A stretch of 40,528 bases of DNA from Myxococcota bacterium. GTDB lineage: Bacteria > Myxococcota_A > UBA9160 > PR03. Below are positions 11,193-21,008 of the stretch, one piece after another. The notes below the pieces were generated by a model. It had not been told where the DNA came from. It made no database searches and was given only the letters and a program-made list of their open reading frames with translations. Both the position numbers and the translations under genes were made by a program. The DNA lies in NCBI GenBank assembly GCA_041577015.1, contig JBFGJV010000003.1:1-40528 (forward strand), in the 5' to 3' direction. The first letter of the stretch is position 1, and each line of letters opens with the position of its first letter.

Positions 11193-12410
11193 ATGCGCAT
11201 CGCCATCCTCTCCCGCGGCCGCCGACTCTACAGCACGCGACGCATCAAGGAGGCCTGCGAGATGCGCGGGCACGAGGCGCGCGTGCTCGACACGATGGGC
11301 TTTTCCATCGAGGTGGAGCAGGGGAATCCGCGCCTCTACTACCGGGAGAAGCCGCTCGGCCGCTACGACGCGGTGATCCCGCGGATCGGGGCGTCCATCA
11401 CGTTCTTCGGGACGGCGGTGGTGCGCCAGTTCGAGCAGATGGGCGTGTTCTGCCTCAACTCGTCGCAGGCGATCACCGTCTCGCGGGACAAGCTGCGCTC
11501 GATCCAGATCCTGAGCCGTCACCGCGTGGGGATTCCCAAGACTTCGTTCGTCAAGCGGCGGGAGGCGGTGCTCGCGGCCATCGAGCGCATGGGGGGCCCG
11601 CCGGTGGTGATCAAGCTGCTGGAGGGGACCCAGGGCATCGGGGTGATCCTGGCGGACACCAGCAAGGTGGCCGAGGCCATCATCGAGACGCTCCAGAGCG
11701 CCGCGCGTCAGAACGTGCTGATCCAGCAGTTCGTGAAGGAGAGCAAGGGTCGCGACATCCGCGCCTTCGTGGTGGGCAACCGCGTGGTGGCGGCCATGCG
11801 TCGCGTGGCGCAGGGGGACGAGTTCCGCAGCAACGTCCACCGCGGGGGTCGCGCCGAGCCCGTCGAGCTCGACGAGGAGTATTCGCGCACGGCGGTCCAC
11901 GCCGCCCAGATCATGGGCCTGCGCGTGGCCGGCGTGGACATGCTGGAGGGCGCCGAGGGGCCCGGCATCATGGAGGTCAACTCCTCGCCGGGCCTGGAGG
12001 GCATCGAGGGCGCCACGGAGGTGGACGTGGCCGGCGAGATCGTGAAGCACATCGAGGAGGAGGTGCTCTTCCCCGAGATCGACATCCGCCAGCGCATGAC
12101 GCTCCAGCACGGCTACGGCGTGATGGAGATTCCCATCGAGGAGCGCTCCGAGCTGGCCCACAAGACCGTGCGGGACAGCAAGCTGCGGGAGCGCGACGTC
12201 CTCGTGCTGACGATCAACCGCGGCAGCGTGACGATTCCGAATCCGCGCCAGGACCGGGAGATCCTGCCCGGCGACACGCTGCTGCTCTTCGGCAAGTCCC
12301 TCACGCTCAAGAGCCTGGCTCCGCGGCCCAAGGCGCGCGGGCGGCGCAAGAAGGCCACGAGTGAGGAGGTCGCCGCAGCCCCGGCGAGCACCCCGAAGCC
12401 GGATGCCTGA
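11193..12410 (+). CDS. rimK: RimK-family ATP-grasp alpha-L-glutamate ligase fused to a C-terminal RCK_C/TrkA-C domain
   Basis: MRIAILSR..LYSTRR, DAVIPRIGAS, RDKLRS, KLLEGTQGIGV, FRSNVHRGG, MEVNSSPGLEGIE; tail SELAHKTVRDSKLRERDVLVLTINRG..IPNP...ILPGDTLLLFG; AAGGAG RBS. Confidence 0.93.
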   Translation: MRIAILSRGRRLYSTRRIKEACEMRGHEARVLDTMGFSIEVEQGNPRLYYREKPLGRYDAVIPRIGASITFFGTAVVRQFEQMGVFCLNSSQAITVSRDKLRSIQILSRHRVGIPKTSFVKRREAVLAAIERMGGPPVVIKLLEGTQGIGVILADTSKVAEAIIETLQSAARQNVLIQQFVKESKGRDIRAFVVGNRVVAAMRRVAQGDEFRSNVHRGGRAEPVELDEEYSRTAVHAAQIMGLRVAGVDMLEGAEGPGIMEVNSSPGLEGIEGATEVDVAGEIVKHIEEEVLFPEIDIRQRMTLQHGYGVMEIPIEERSELAHKTVRDSKLRERDVLVLTINRGSVTIPNPRQDREILPGDTLLLFGKSLTLKSLAPRPKARGRRKKATSEEVAAAPASTPKPDA

Positions 12411-13446
12411 GGCGCTGCGGATCGCCGACGTCGAGATCCCGCCCGGCCGCGCGGTCTCGCTGCGCATTCCCGTGGCGCGGCCCTACGGCCAGGCGGAGGT
12501 GTTCCTGCCCGCGCGCGTGGTGCGGGGACGCAAGCCCGGCGCGCACCTCTTCGTCTCTGCGGCCATCCACGGCGACGAGATCAACGGCGTCGAGATCATC
12601 CGCCGCCTGCTGCGAAACCCGGCGCTGCGGCGCCTGCACGGCATGCTGATCGCGGTGCCGGTGGTGAACGTCTACGGCTTCCAGATCCAGAGCCGCTACC
12701 TGCCGGACCGGCGCGATCTGAATCGCTCCTTCCCGGGCTCCGCCACCGGCTCCCTCACCGCGCGTCTCGCCCACCAGTTCATGCGCCACGTGGTGGCCCA
12801 CGCCAGCCACGGGATCGACCTGCACACGGGCGCCATCCACCGGGCCAACCTGCCCCAGATCCGCGCCTGCCTGGACGACGCGGAGACGGAGCGACTCGCG
12901 CGGGCCTTCGGCGCGCCCGTGATCCTGAACGCAAACCTGCGTGACGGCTCGTTGCGTCAGGCGGTGCTGGAGCGCGACATCCCCATGCTGGTCTACGAGG
13001 CGGGCGAGGCGCTGCGCTTCGACGAGCTGGCCATCAGCGCCGGCGTGCGCGGCGTGCTCTCGGTGATGCGCGCCATCGGCATGCTGCCCGCCGGCAAGGT
13101 GCCCAAGAAGGCCGTCGAGCCCTTCGTGGCGCGCTCGAGCGCCTGGGTGCGCGCCCCGGACAGCGGCATCTTCCGAGCCGCTCCGCGCCTGGGCGCCAAG
13201 GTCTCGAAGGACGCGGTGGTGGGGGTGATCGCGAATCCCCTGGGCGAGAACGAGGTGGAGGTACGCGCGCCGGTGGCGGGGGTGGTGATCGGACGCACCA
13301 ACATCCCGCTGGTGAACGAGGGCGACGCGCTGCTGCACGTGGCCAGCTTCGAGCGGCCGGCCACCGTCGCCCAGCAAGTGGAGGTCTTCCAGGAGGCGCT
13401 GGCTCCCGGGCCGACGGCCGAGCCCCTGGAGCGTCCGCCCGCCTGA
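12403..13446 (+). CDS. Succinylglutamate desuccinylase/aspartoacylase family (M14-like) zinc peptidase
   Basis: AAIHGDEING, DLNRSFPG, IDLHTG, YEAGE and a C-terminal biotinyl-like hairpin domain; ATG 12403 overlaps the rimK stop. Confidence 0.92.
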   Translation: MPEALRIADVEIPPGRAVSLRIPVARPYGQAEVFLPARVVRGRKPGAHLFVSAAIHGDEINGVEIIRRLLRNPALRRLHGMLIAVPVVNVYGFQIQSRYLPDRRDLNRSFPGSATGSLTARLAHQFMRHVVAHASHGIDLHTGAIHRANLPQIRACLDDAETERLARAFGAPVILNANLRDGSLRQAVLERDIPMLVYEAGEALRFDELAISAGVRGVLSVMRAIGMLPAGKVPKKAVEPFVARSSAWVRAPDSGIFRAAPRLGAKVSKDAVVGVIANPLGENEVEVRAPVAGVVIGRTNIPLVNEGDALLHVASFERPATVAQQVEVFQEALAPGPTAEPLERPPA

Positions 13447-13451
13447 GCGGC

Positions 13452-13919
13452 TCAGCGGGCCGCGCGCTTCTTGCGCCGCCGCGGCTTGCCCAGGAGCTGG
13501 CCGTGGCCCACGTCGATCAGGAAGTTCCCGGCCAGCACCGAGCGCCCGAGCAGCATGCGGAAGATCATCCGTTCGCGGTCCACCAGGCTCATCTCGATCT
13601 CCTTCCGGACCGGTCCGATCTCCACCTCCGTGGCGACGAAGATGCGCTCGGTCCGGTGGCCGGTGCTGGAGCGCACGCGCCCGCGTCGGCGGATGCGCGT
13701 CTCCACGCGTACGCGTCGGTCCCGCTTCTGGCGATGCAACACCACCTCGAAACGAACCCGGTCGTGGGGCAGCTCCCGGATGTTCTCCACGTGTAGAGCG
13801 CTCGAGCGAGCGCCCGTGTCCACCTTGGCACGCAGGCCCCGGATGCCCCACTCCGGCAGGTCCACGTACTCGTTCCAGCCGATCAAGACGACCGTGCGCT
13901 GACCGCGTCGGTCCGACAA
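13452..13919 (-). CDS. Retropepsin-like 'ATP-dependent zinc protease' family protein (RimB-like)
   Basis: IGWNEYVDLP, AKVDTGARSSALH, VRSSTG, R..M.FRMLLGR motifs; TTG start preceded by GGAGGA. Confidence 0.88.
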   Translation of the reverse strand: MSDRRGQRTVVLIGWNEYVDLPEWGIRGLRAKVDTGARSSALHVENIRELPHDRVRFEVVLHRQKRDRRVRVETRIRRRGRVRSSTGHRTERIFVATEVEIGPVRKEIEMSLVDRERMIFRMLLGRSVLAGNFLIDVGHGQLLGKPRRRKKRAAR

Positions 13920-13983
13920 GGCTTCGTCCTCCGCCCGGCCCGGCGCAGGATAGGATCGGGAACGGGGGAACGCGAGCTGGCGT

Positions 13984-16900
13984 TCAGTAGTCGATGCTCC
14001 AGATCACGTCCGCCCCGGCGCTGCCGGTGCTTCCGATCTCGCTCTCGACGCTCCAGCGGGGTCGGAAGCGCCACTCGATGCGGACGTGGTCGGCCACGTC
14101 TCCGCCGAAGCTCCGCCCATAGCGGACGAAGACGTCCTCGCGCAGATACTTGCCGATCTCCACCGTGGCGCCGGTCCCCCCCTCGGCCAGGCTCACGTCG
14201 ATCAGATCCAGGGGAAGCGCGGGCGTGAGTGCGGACGTGACCGTGCCCGCGGCGAGCTGGCCCGCGATCTGGGCGGCGGTGGCTTCGAGGCGCATGGACT
14301 GCCCCTCGCCCAGCTCGCGCGCCGGGCGCCCGAACGCCAGATAGGAGAGCAGGTCCGTGGCGTCCAGCGGCGGCTCGCTCTCCAGCACCAGGTTCGGCGC
14401 GGACGCCCGGCCGGTGACCAGCGCGCGGAGCTTCACGTCGCGCACCCGGTGGGTCGCCACGAAGTCGAGCTCCGGGTCGAGCTCGTGGGTCCCGGTGAAG
14501 GTCGCGACGCCGCGCTCCACCTGGAAGGTGCGTCCCTGGAAGCGATAGCGGCCCCGCACCACCTGCACGGTCCCCAGATGGACGGGATCCTCACCTGGCT
14601 TCTTGGTGAGGCGCAGCGCACCCTCGATCTCCACGTCTGCGCCGCGTCCCCGCACCCAGGTGTTGCGCGGGATGTCGAGGGAGAGCTCGACCTCCGCCTG
14701 CTCGAGGATCCCGGGGGACGGCGCCGAGGTCTCCAGGATGCTCGTCGGCTCCTCCACGTCCGGGAGCCCCCGCACGCGGACCTCCTTCAGCAGGGGGTCG
14801 GAGAGCTCCGGCAGGCCGATCTGCGCGTCGCGCAGCGTGAAGGCGCCCTGCACGCGAAGTTCGGGGTGGCGGCCGGCGACGCGGAGCGTCCCGTCGAGAT
14901 CCGCCTGCAGGGTCGGTGTCCGCGAGAAGGCGAAGCGCTCGAAGCGCGCGTCGAGGCGGAGTGCGCCGAGCCCCTGCGGGCTCCAGCCGAGCTCGCCCTC
15001 CAGCTCCGCCACGCCCTCTCCCGACGCCACGCGCAGCGACTCGAGGATGGCGTGCGCGCCCTCCACGCGGGCCGTGCCCTCGGAGGGGCCGAAGGTCACG
15101 CCGAGCGGTGTGGCGGCGAGCTTCCCCTCGGCGAGGCGCACGCTCCCGGAGAGCGCGGGCCGCGGCGTTCCGCCCTGCACCGAGAGGTCGAGATCCAGGC
15201 GGCCTCCGAGCTTCGCGAGCTCGCTGGGAACCGCACGGGCGAGCCACGCCACATCGAGCCGGTCGCTCCGAAGCCGTAGCGTGGCTTGCGGGTGGGTGAG
15301 GAGACGGCGCCCGTTCGCGCGCAGGGCCGCCCACGGCAGGAGCCCGTCGGCGCGCAGACGCTCCTGCCCCTCGTCGAAGAGCCGTGCGGTTCCGACCAGC
15401 GCACCGGCTTCCGTGTGCATCTCGAGCGTGATGCGCTCCGCCACCGCGGCTCCCAGGCGCGGCTCGCGCCACAGCGCAGCGCCCTCCAGCTGCGGGCGGC
15501 GCAGCGGTCCGGTGGCCCGCAGCTGGGCGGTGAGTGCGCCGCCGAGCTCGACGTCCGCGCCGGCCAGCGTCCCCACGCGGGCCACGTCCAGCGACGTCAC
15601 GTCGACGTGCATCGGCGCGAGACGGCCGTCCCGCACACGACCCGCCAGGGCGAGGGCGCCTCCTGGCCAGACCAGACGCAACGACTCCACGTGGACGCCG
15701 CCCGGCTCGAGGGCGATCACGCCCGGGCCCTCGCTCGCCACGGCCAGGTCGGGTGCGCGTAGCGTCAAGGCGTCGATGCGCAGCCGGCGCTCGCCCAGGG
15801 CGGTGGCCCGGAGCTCGAGCGTGTCGGCTGCGAGCTCTCCGCTGCGGAGCGCTACCGCATCGAGCGCGAGCGTTCCGCGAGGATCGTCCCAGGGACCCTC
15901 GAGCACGGCGCGCAGGTCGGCCCGCCCGGCGACGACGGGCGGCCGCCACGCCTCGGGCAGGCGCGCCAGCCGGAGGTCCTGGCCCACCAGCTCCAGGCGC
16001 TCCGCGCCACCAAGCCCGCCTCGTCCGGAGGCGCTCACCCGGCCGAGCTCGCTCTCGATGGCCGCCTCCTCGAGCACCCAGTGCCGCCGGGCCGTGCTGG
16101 CGCTCCCCCGTGCCGACGCCCGCGCGATGTCCAGTCCCGCGAGCCTCGAGGGCTCCAGCCCCAGGGTTCCCTTCACCTCCACGCCGCCGCCCTCCGGCAC
16201 GCCGGTCAGCACCACGCGACCGTTCAGCGCGGACGCCCAGCGCGGGTCGCCGGTGACGGGCGCGAGGTCGAGCCCGGAGACGCGGGCCTCGAGGCGTCCG
16301 TTCCGGGGCGCCGGCCACCCCTCGCCCTTGCCGAGCTCGACTTCGCCTTCCGCGTGGAGCGTCCCGAACGCGCTCTGCAGCGACGAGGGCTCGAGCCGGA
16401 GCTCCGCTCCGTCGAGCGCCAACTCGAGGACCCCGCTCTCGATGGAGCGCCCGCGCAGAAGCGACGGGGCCAGGGCGAGGCGGGCGCGGGCGGCGCTCGG
16501 TCGCGGTGCAACGCCTCGCCAGGGCCAGACGAGATCGCGGGCCTCGAGCTCCAGCCCGGCCGCGAGCCGGCTCGCCGCGCCCGCCTCGTCCCAGGCCAGC
16601 TGGAGCGTCGCGTCGCGCAACGCGAGGGTCCGGATCTCGAGCGAGACGGACGGCGGCTCCGCCGTCTCCTCCTCCGCCTGGGGAGCAGGCTCGGGGAGCC
16701 CCGCCACGCGCCAGCGTCCCTCCGCGTCGCGCGCCGCGTGCAGCGCCACGCCCGAGATCAGGAGCCTCTCCACGACGATGCGACGCTCCGACCACAGCCG
16801 CGAGAGCTCGAGATCGGCGTCCAGGGACCCGATCCGCAGCAGGCTTCCCTCCGCGCCGCGCAGCGTCACGTCCCGCAGCTGGACGTGATCGTGCAGCACG

Positions 16901-17091
16901 CCTTCGAGCGCGCCGATGCGCACGGGTGCTTCGAGGGCGGCGCCGAGACCGGCCTCCGCCAGCCGACGCACGCGCTCCCGCTGCCAGCCCCGATCGACCG
17001 CGAGCACCACGAGCAGCGCGAGCAGGGCGAGCGTTGCCACGGCCACGGTGAGCCACCCGAGGGCCCGCAGGCCGATGCGCAGCACGCCCAT
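13984..17091 (-). CDS. tamB: Translocation and assembly module inner-membrane subunit TamB (AsmA-like, DUF490 C-terminus)
   Basis: N-terminal TM anchor, long beta-taco-like repeats, C-terminal DPELD..A, LESEPPL..DLLSYLAFG, EIGKYL, GADVIWSIDY; ATG 17091 in a TGATG overlap with the tamA stop. Confidence 0.88.
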   Translation of the reverse strand: MGVLRIGLRALGWLTVAVATLALLALLVVLAVDRGWQRERVRRLAEAGLGAALEAPVRIGALEGVLHDHVQLRDVTLRGAEGSLLRIGSLDADLELSRLWSERRIVVERLLISGVALHAARDAEGRWRVAGLPEPAPQAEEETAEPPSVSLEIRTLALRDATLQLAWDEAGAASRLAAGLELEARDLVWPWRGVAPRPSAARARLALAPSLLRGRSIESGVLELALDGAELRLEPSSLQSAFGTLHAEGEVELGKGEGWPAPRNGRLEARVSGLDLAPVTGDPRWASALNGRVVLTGVPEGGGVEVKGTLGLEPSRLAGLDIARASARGSASTARRHWVLEEAAIESELGRVSASGRGGLGGAERLELVGQDLRLARLPEAWRPPVVAGRADLRAVLEGPWDDPRGTLALDAVALRSGELAADTLELRATALGERRLRIDALTLRAPDLAVASEGPGVIALEPGGVHVESLRLVWPGGALALAGRVRDGRLAPMHVDVTSLDVARVGTLAGADVELGGALTAQLRATGPLRRPQLEGAALWREPRLGAAVAERITLEMHTEAGALVGTARLFDEGQERLRADGLLPWAALRANGRRLLTHPQATLRLRSDRLDVAWLARAVPSELAKLGGRLDLDLSVQGGTPRPALSGSVRLAEGKLAATPLGVTFGPSEGTARVEGAHAILESLRVASGEGVAELEGELGWSPQGLGALRLDARFERFAFSRTPTLQADLDGTLRVAGRHPELRVQGAFTLRDAQIGLPELSDPLLKEVRVRGLPDVEEPTSILETSAPSPGILEQAEVELSLDIPRNTWVRGRGADVEIEGALRLTKKPGEDPVHLGTVQVVRGRYRFQGRTFQVERGVATFTGTHELDPELDFVATHRVRDVKLRALVTGRASAPNLVLESEPPLDATDLLSYLAFGRPARELGEGQSMRLEATAAQIAGQLAAGTVTSALTPALPLDLIDVSLAEGGTGATVEIGKYLREDVFVRYGRSFGGDVADHVRIEWRFRPRWSVESEIGSTGSAGADVIWSIDY

Positions 17092-18935
17092 CAGAACGCC
17101 TGGCCCACCGAGAGGTGCAGGCGGGCGCGCTGCACCCCATCGGGCGGGTTCAGCAGGTAGCCCACGTCGAGGCGCAGCGGCCCGACCGGCGTCCGGTAGC
17201 GCAGTCCCAGGCCGGTGGCGTAGAAGACGTCGTCCAGCCGCCAGGTGTAGGGCGAGAGGTCGACCTGGCCGGCGTCCACGAAGCCCACCCCGCCGAGCTG
17301 GCGCCAGATCGGGAAGCGCCACTCGAGGCTCGCCTCCACCAGGCTCGTGCCGCCGACGGGGTCGTCGTCCACGTCGAGGGGTCCGAGCTTCTGGTACTCG
17401 AAGCCCCGCACCGTGGTGCTCCCCCCAGAGAAGAAGCGCTTCACGATCGGAACCTCGTCGGCGGCGGTGGCGCCGAAAGGGTCGATGGTGCCGATGCGGA
17501 GCCGGCTGGCGAGAACGCCCGGACCGAGCGGCCGGAACAGACGCCCTTCGGCCACGAGCTTCAGGTACCCGAACCCCGAGCCGAGCGCCGGGACCGAGGG
17601 CTCTACCGAGAAGTCGAGCCAGGAGCCCTCGCGCGGATCGAGGGAGGCGTCCAGCGTGGAGCGGCGCAGGCCCAGCTCGAAGAAGCTCAGCACGAAGCTG
17701 TCTTCGGGATCCTCGAGGAGGAGACGCTCGTCGTCCGAGCTGCTCCCGACGTCGTTCCACTCGAACTGGTGCGCCACTCGCGAGCTCCAACGCCGCCCGA
17801 GCGGCCGCGAGAGCTCGACGCGGGTCAGCAGCCGATCCGCCTCGTAGGCGGGAAGCCGCTCCCGGCGCAGGGAGAGGTCGGTGCCGAGCAGCAGCTCCCG
17901 GTCCAGGAAGCGCGGCTGCTCGAAGTCGAAGTCGAGGCTGGCCAGCAGCGAGGAGGCGCGGAGCGCGATCTCGAGCCGGCGCGCGCCGCCCAGGAAGTTG
18001 CGATGCAGCCACGAGACCTGCCCGCGCAGCAGGTCCTCGGTGCCGTAGCCGATCCCCACCCGAAGGCTCTGGAAGGGTCGCTCCGTGACGCGCACGTCCA
18101 CGGGCCACGACTCGGCGGTGCGGGGCTCGTCGTCCGTCTCGGCCTGCTCGTCGGGGCGGGGCTGGACCACCGCCGAGCGGAAGAGGCGGAGCCGGTAGAT
18201 CCGCTCGCGCGTCCGGCGCAGCGCCTCCAGGGAGAAGCGATCGCCCGGCTCGATCTCGATCTCACGCCGGACGAGATCCTCCTTCACCCGCTCGAGGCCA
18301 GAGAGGCGGACGGGTCCGAAGGAGATGGGCGGTCCCGGATCCACGGTCCAGTCGATGCGGGCCTCCCGCGTGGCGACGTCCACGTCGGCGCCCCCGGAGA
18401 TCCGGGCCCGGGGGCGGCCTGCCTCGGCGAGGCGGGTCAGGACTTCCTGCTTCGCGGCGCCGTAGCCACGCAGCGAGAAGACGTCGCCGACTGCGAGGGG
18501 CAGCGCCTCCGCCAGGCTCTCCCGCAGCTCCGGCTCGTCGAGCGCGCTGCGGTCCAGCCGGAGCTCCACCAGACGCACGGGCGGCCCCTCCTCCACCACG
18601 AAGGCGAGCCGCACCTTGCGGTGTTGGCGGCCCCACTCGACCTCCGGCGTCACCCTCGTCTCGTAGTACCCGTGCCGGCGGTAGAGGGCGACCACCCGGG
18701 CGACGTCGCGCTCGAGGACGGACTCGTTGAACTCGGGCCGCGACACCCAGGGCTTCCAGCTCGGGGCCCGCGTAAAGATGTGCGCCTCGAGCTCACGCTC
18801 CGGGATGGCGTGCACGCCCCGCCAATCGAGTGCACGGATCACCACGGCCGACGCCTCTCGAGGACGATCCTCGGCCGCGGGGGTCCCGGGCAGGAGCGCG
18901 AGGAGCAGCGCGATCGTGGAGTTGCGGAGCCGCAT
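17091..18935 (-). CDS. tamA: Omp85-family outer membrane protein, TamA-like
   Basis: Signal peptide, about three POTRA repeats (GYY, VEEGP), barrel with RFFSGGSTTVRGF, GLGLRYRTPVGPLRLD and terminal Phe; directly upstream of tamB. Confidence 0.88.
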   Translation of the reverse strand: MRLRNSTIALLLALLPGTPAAEDRPREASAVVIRALDWRGVHAIPERELEAHIFTRAPSWKPWVSRPEFNESVLERDVARVVALYRRHGYYETRVTPEVEWGRQHRKVRLAFVVEEGPPVRLVELRLDRSALDEPELRESLAEALPLAVGDVFSLRGYGAAKQEVLTRLAEAGRPRARISGGADVDVATREARIDWTVDPGPPISFGPVRLSGLERVKEDLVRREIEIEPGDRFSLEALRRTRERIYRLRLFRSAVVQPRPDEQAETDDEPRTAESWPVDVRVTERPFQSLRVGIGYGTEDLLRGQVSWLHRNFLGGARRLEIALRASSLLASLDFDFEQPRFLDRELLLGTDLSLRRERLPAYEADRLLTRVELSRPLGRRWSSRVAHQFEWNDVGSSSDDERLLLEDPEDSFVLSFFELGLRRSTLDASLDPREGSWLDFSVEPSVPALGSGFGYLKLVAEGRLFRPLGPGVLASRLRIGTIDPFGATAADEVPIVKRFFSGGSTTVRGFEYQKLGPLDVDDDPVGGTSLVEASLEWRFPIWRQLGGVGFVDAGQVDLSPYTWRLDDVFYATGLGLRYRTPVGPLRLDVGYLLNPPDGVQRARLHLSVGQAF

Positions 18936-19058
18936 GGTGAAGGAGGCTCACGGTGGGACGCCTCGGGCGCCCCCGAGGTTCACGGAGGGGCGAACGTCGG
19001 AGTGGGGTAGGTTATCGGTCCGGCGGGGCGCCGGCCCCACCGAGGCAAGGAGGCGTCC

Positions 19059-19916
19059 ATGTCCAGCGCCATCTCGAAGGCGGTGCTCGTCACCGGCTGC
19101 TCCACCGGCATCGGTCGCGCCACCGCGGAGCGCCTGGCGCGCGGCGGCCACACCGTCTACGCGACCGCCCGACGGCTGGAGTCCATCGAGGATCTGGCGG
19201 CGAAGGGCTGCAAGACCCTGGCCCTCGACGTGTGCGATGAGGCCTCCATGCGGGCGGGCGTCGAGGCCGTGGAGAAGGCCGAGGGTGCCGTGGGCGTGCT
19301 GGTGAACAACGCCGGCTACGGCTCCGAAGGGGCGATCGAAGAAGTCCCTATGGAGGAGGTGCGGCGTCAGTTCGAGACCAACGTGTTCGGCCTGGCGCGG
19401 ATGTGCCAGCTGGTGCTGCCCGGCATGCGCCGCCAGGGCTGGGGCCGGATCGTGAACCTCTCCTCCATGGGCGGGCGCATGACGCTGCCCGGCGGCGGCT
19501 TCTACCACGCCACCAAGTACGCGGTCGAGGCGCTCTCCGACGCGCTCCGCTTCGAAGTGGCGAGCTTCGGCGTCCACGTGGTGGTGATCGAGCCCGGGGC
19601 GATCAAGACGGAGTTCGGTGACACGGCCATCGCCAGGATCCGGGCCCTCGGCGGCGCCGCCGAGTCGCCCTACGCGAAGTTCAACGAGTCGCTGGTCTCG
19701 AACATCCGGGGCGCCTACGAGGGGCCCATGGCGGCGCTGGCGGGCGAGGCGGACGACGTGGCCAGGGCGATCGAGAAGGCCGTGACGGCGAAGCGGCCCA
19801 GGACCCGCTACCCGGTCACGCTCGGGGCGCGGCTCCTGATGGGCATGCGCCGCTGGCTGCCGGACCGTGGCTTCGACGCCTTCCTGCGCAGCCAGTTCGA
19901 GTCGCCGGGGCGCTAG
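19059..19916 (+). CDS. Classical short-chain dehydrogenase/reductase
   Basis: TGCSTGIG, NNAG, YHATK, IEPG motifs; AAGGAGG RBS. Confidence 0.93.
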   Translation: MSSAISKAVLVTGCSTGIGRATAERLARGGHTVYATARRLESIEDLAAKGCKTLALDVCDEASMRAGVEAVEKAEGAVGVLVNNAGYGSEGAIEEVPMEEVRRQFETNVFGLARMCQLVLPGMRRQGWGRIVNLSSMGGRMTLPGGGFYHATKYAVEALSDALRFEVASFGVHVVVIEPGAIKTEFGDTAIARIRALGGAAESPYAKFNESLVSNIRGAYEGPMAALAGEADDVARAIEKAVTAKRPRTRYPVTLGARLLMGMRRWLPDRGFDAFLRSQFESPGR

Positions 19917-20006
19917 CGCCTCAGCTGCCTCCGTGTTGCCGGTCGGCTGCGCGCGCCCGAGCACGCCCGGCTCAAACGCTCGCTCGGCCCGACCGAAGAC
20001 GCTTCG

Positions 20007-21008
20007 ATGGCGAGCGAGGCGGCGGGCGAGGGGGCCCCGGAGGACCGGCTCGGGGCCGGGCGGGCGGCGGAGCGGGCGGCGCGCGTGCGCGCCAACGTGG
20101 AGCGGGCCCTGCGCGGCAAATCCGAGGTGGTGCGCCGCGCGGTGGAGTGTCTGGTGGCCGGCGGCCACCTGCTGCTCGAGGACGTGCCGGGCGTCGGAAA
20201 GACCACGCTGGCGCAGGCGCTCGCTCGCTCGGTGGACGCCAGCTTCCGGCGCATCCAGTTCACCAGCGATCTCCTTCCCGGCGACGTGCTGGGCGTCTCC
20301 TTGCCCGAGACCGTGGAGGGGCGGCCCACGGGGCGCTTCACCTTCCAGCCGGGGCCGATCTTCGCGAACGTCGTCCTCGCGGACGAGATCAATCGCGCCA
20401 GCCCCAAGACCCAATCCGCCATGCTCGAGGCCATGAGCGAGGGCTCCGTCAGCATCGACGGCGTCTCGCATGCGCTTCCGGCGCCCTTCTTCGTGGCGGC
20501 CACGCAGAATCCGCTCGAGCAGCACGGGACGCATCCCCTGCCCGAGTCCCAGCTCGACCGCTTCCTGATGCGGCTCACGCTGGGCTATCCGGAGCGCGAG
20601 GACGAGGCGGCGGTACTGCGCGACGACCCCGCCACCAACGAGCTGCCGCGCCTGGAGCCGGCCATCGCGCTGAGCGAGCTGGCCTCCATGCAGGGTCTCG
20701 CCGCGGCGGTGAAGTTCGAGGATTCCCTGGTCGGCTACCTGCTGGGTCTCGTGGAGGAGACACGCCGTCACCCGGCTCTCGAGCTCGGCGTCTCCACGCG
20801 AGGAGCCGTGGCGCTGCGTCGTGCGGCCCAGGCCCGCGCCCTCGTCGCCGGACGCGACTACTGCATTCCCGAGGACGTGCAGGAGCTCGCCGTGGACGTC
20901 TGGGCGCACCGCGTCGTGGCCGGCGGCCCGGGCGGCGCGCGGCCGGGCTCCGAGGAGAGCGCGTGGACCCTGCGCGAGATCCTGGACCGGGCTCCCGTCC
21001 CGCTCTGA
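20007..21008 (+). CDS. MoxR-family AAA+ ATPase
   Basis: HLLLEDVPGVGKT, RIQFTSDLLP, LADEINRASPKTQSAMLEAM, ATQNP, LPESQLDRF motifs. Confidence 0.95.
   Translation: MASEAAGEGAPEDRLGAGRAAERAARVRANVERALRGKSEVVRRAVECLVAGGHLLLEDVPGVGKTTLAQALARSVDASFRRIQFTSDLLPGDVLGVSLPETVEGRPTGRFTFQPGPIFANVVLADEINRASPKTQSAMLEAMSEGSVSIDGVSHALPAPFFVAATQNPLEQHGTHPLPESQLDRFLMRLTLGYPEREDEAAVLRDDPATNELPRLEPAIALSELASMQGLAAAVKFEDSLVGYLLGLVEETRRHPALELGVSTRGAVALRRAAQARALVAGRDYCIPEDVQELAVDVWAHRVVAGGPGGARPGSEESAWTLREILDRAPVPL

Noticed and set aside
17092-18108. Apparent 339-aa N-terminal extension of TamB
   Set aside because: Overlaps tamA in another frame and is Arg/Pro/Ala-rich noise; the real start is the TGATG-coupled ATG at 17091.
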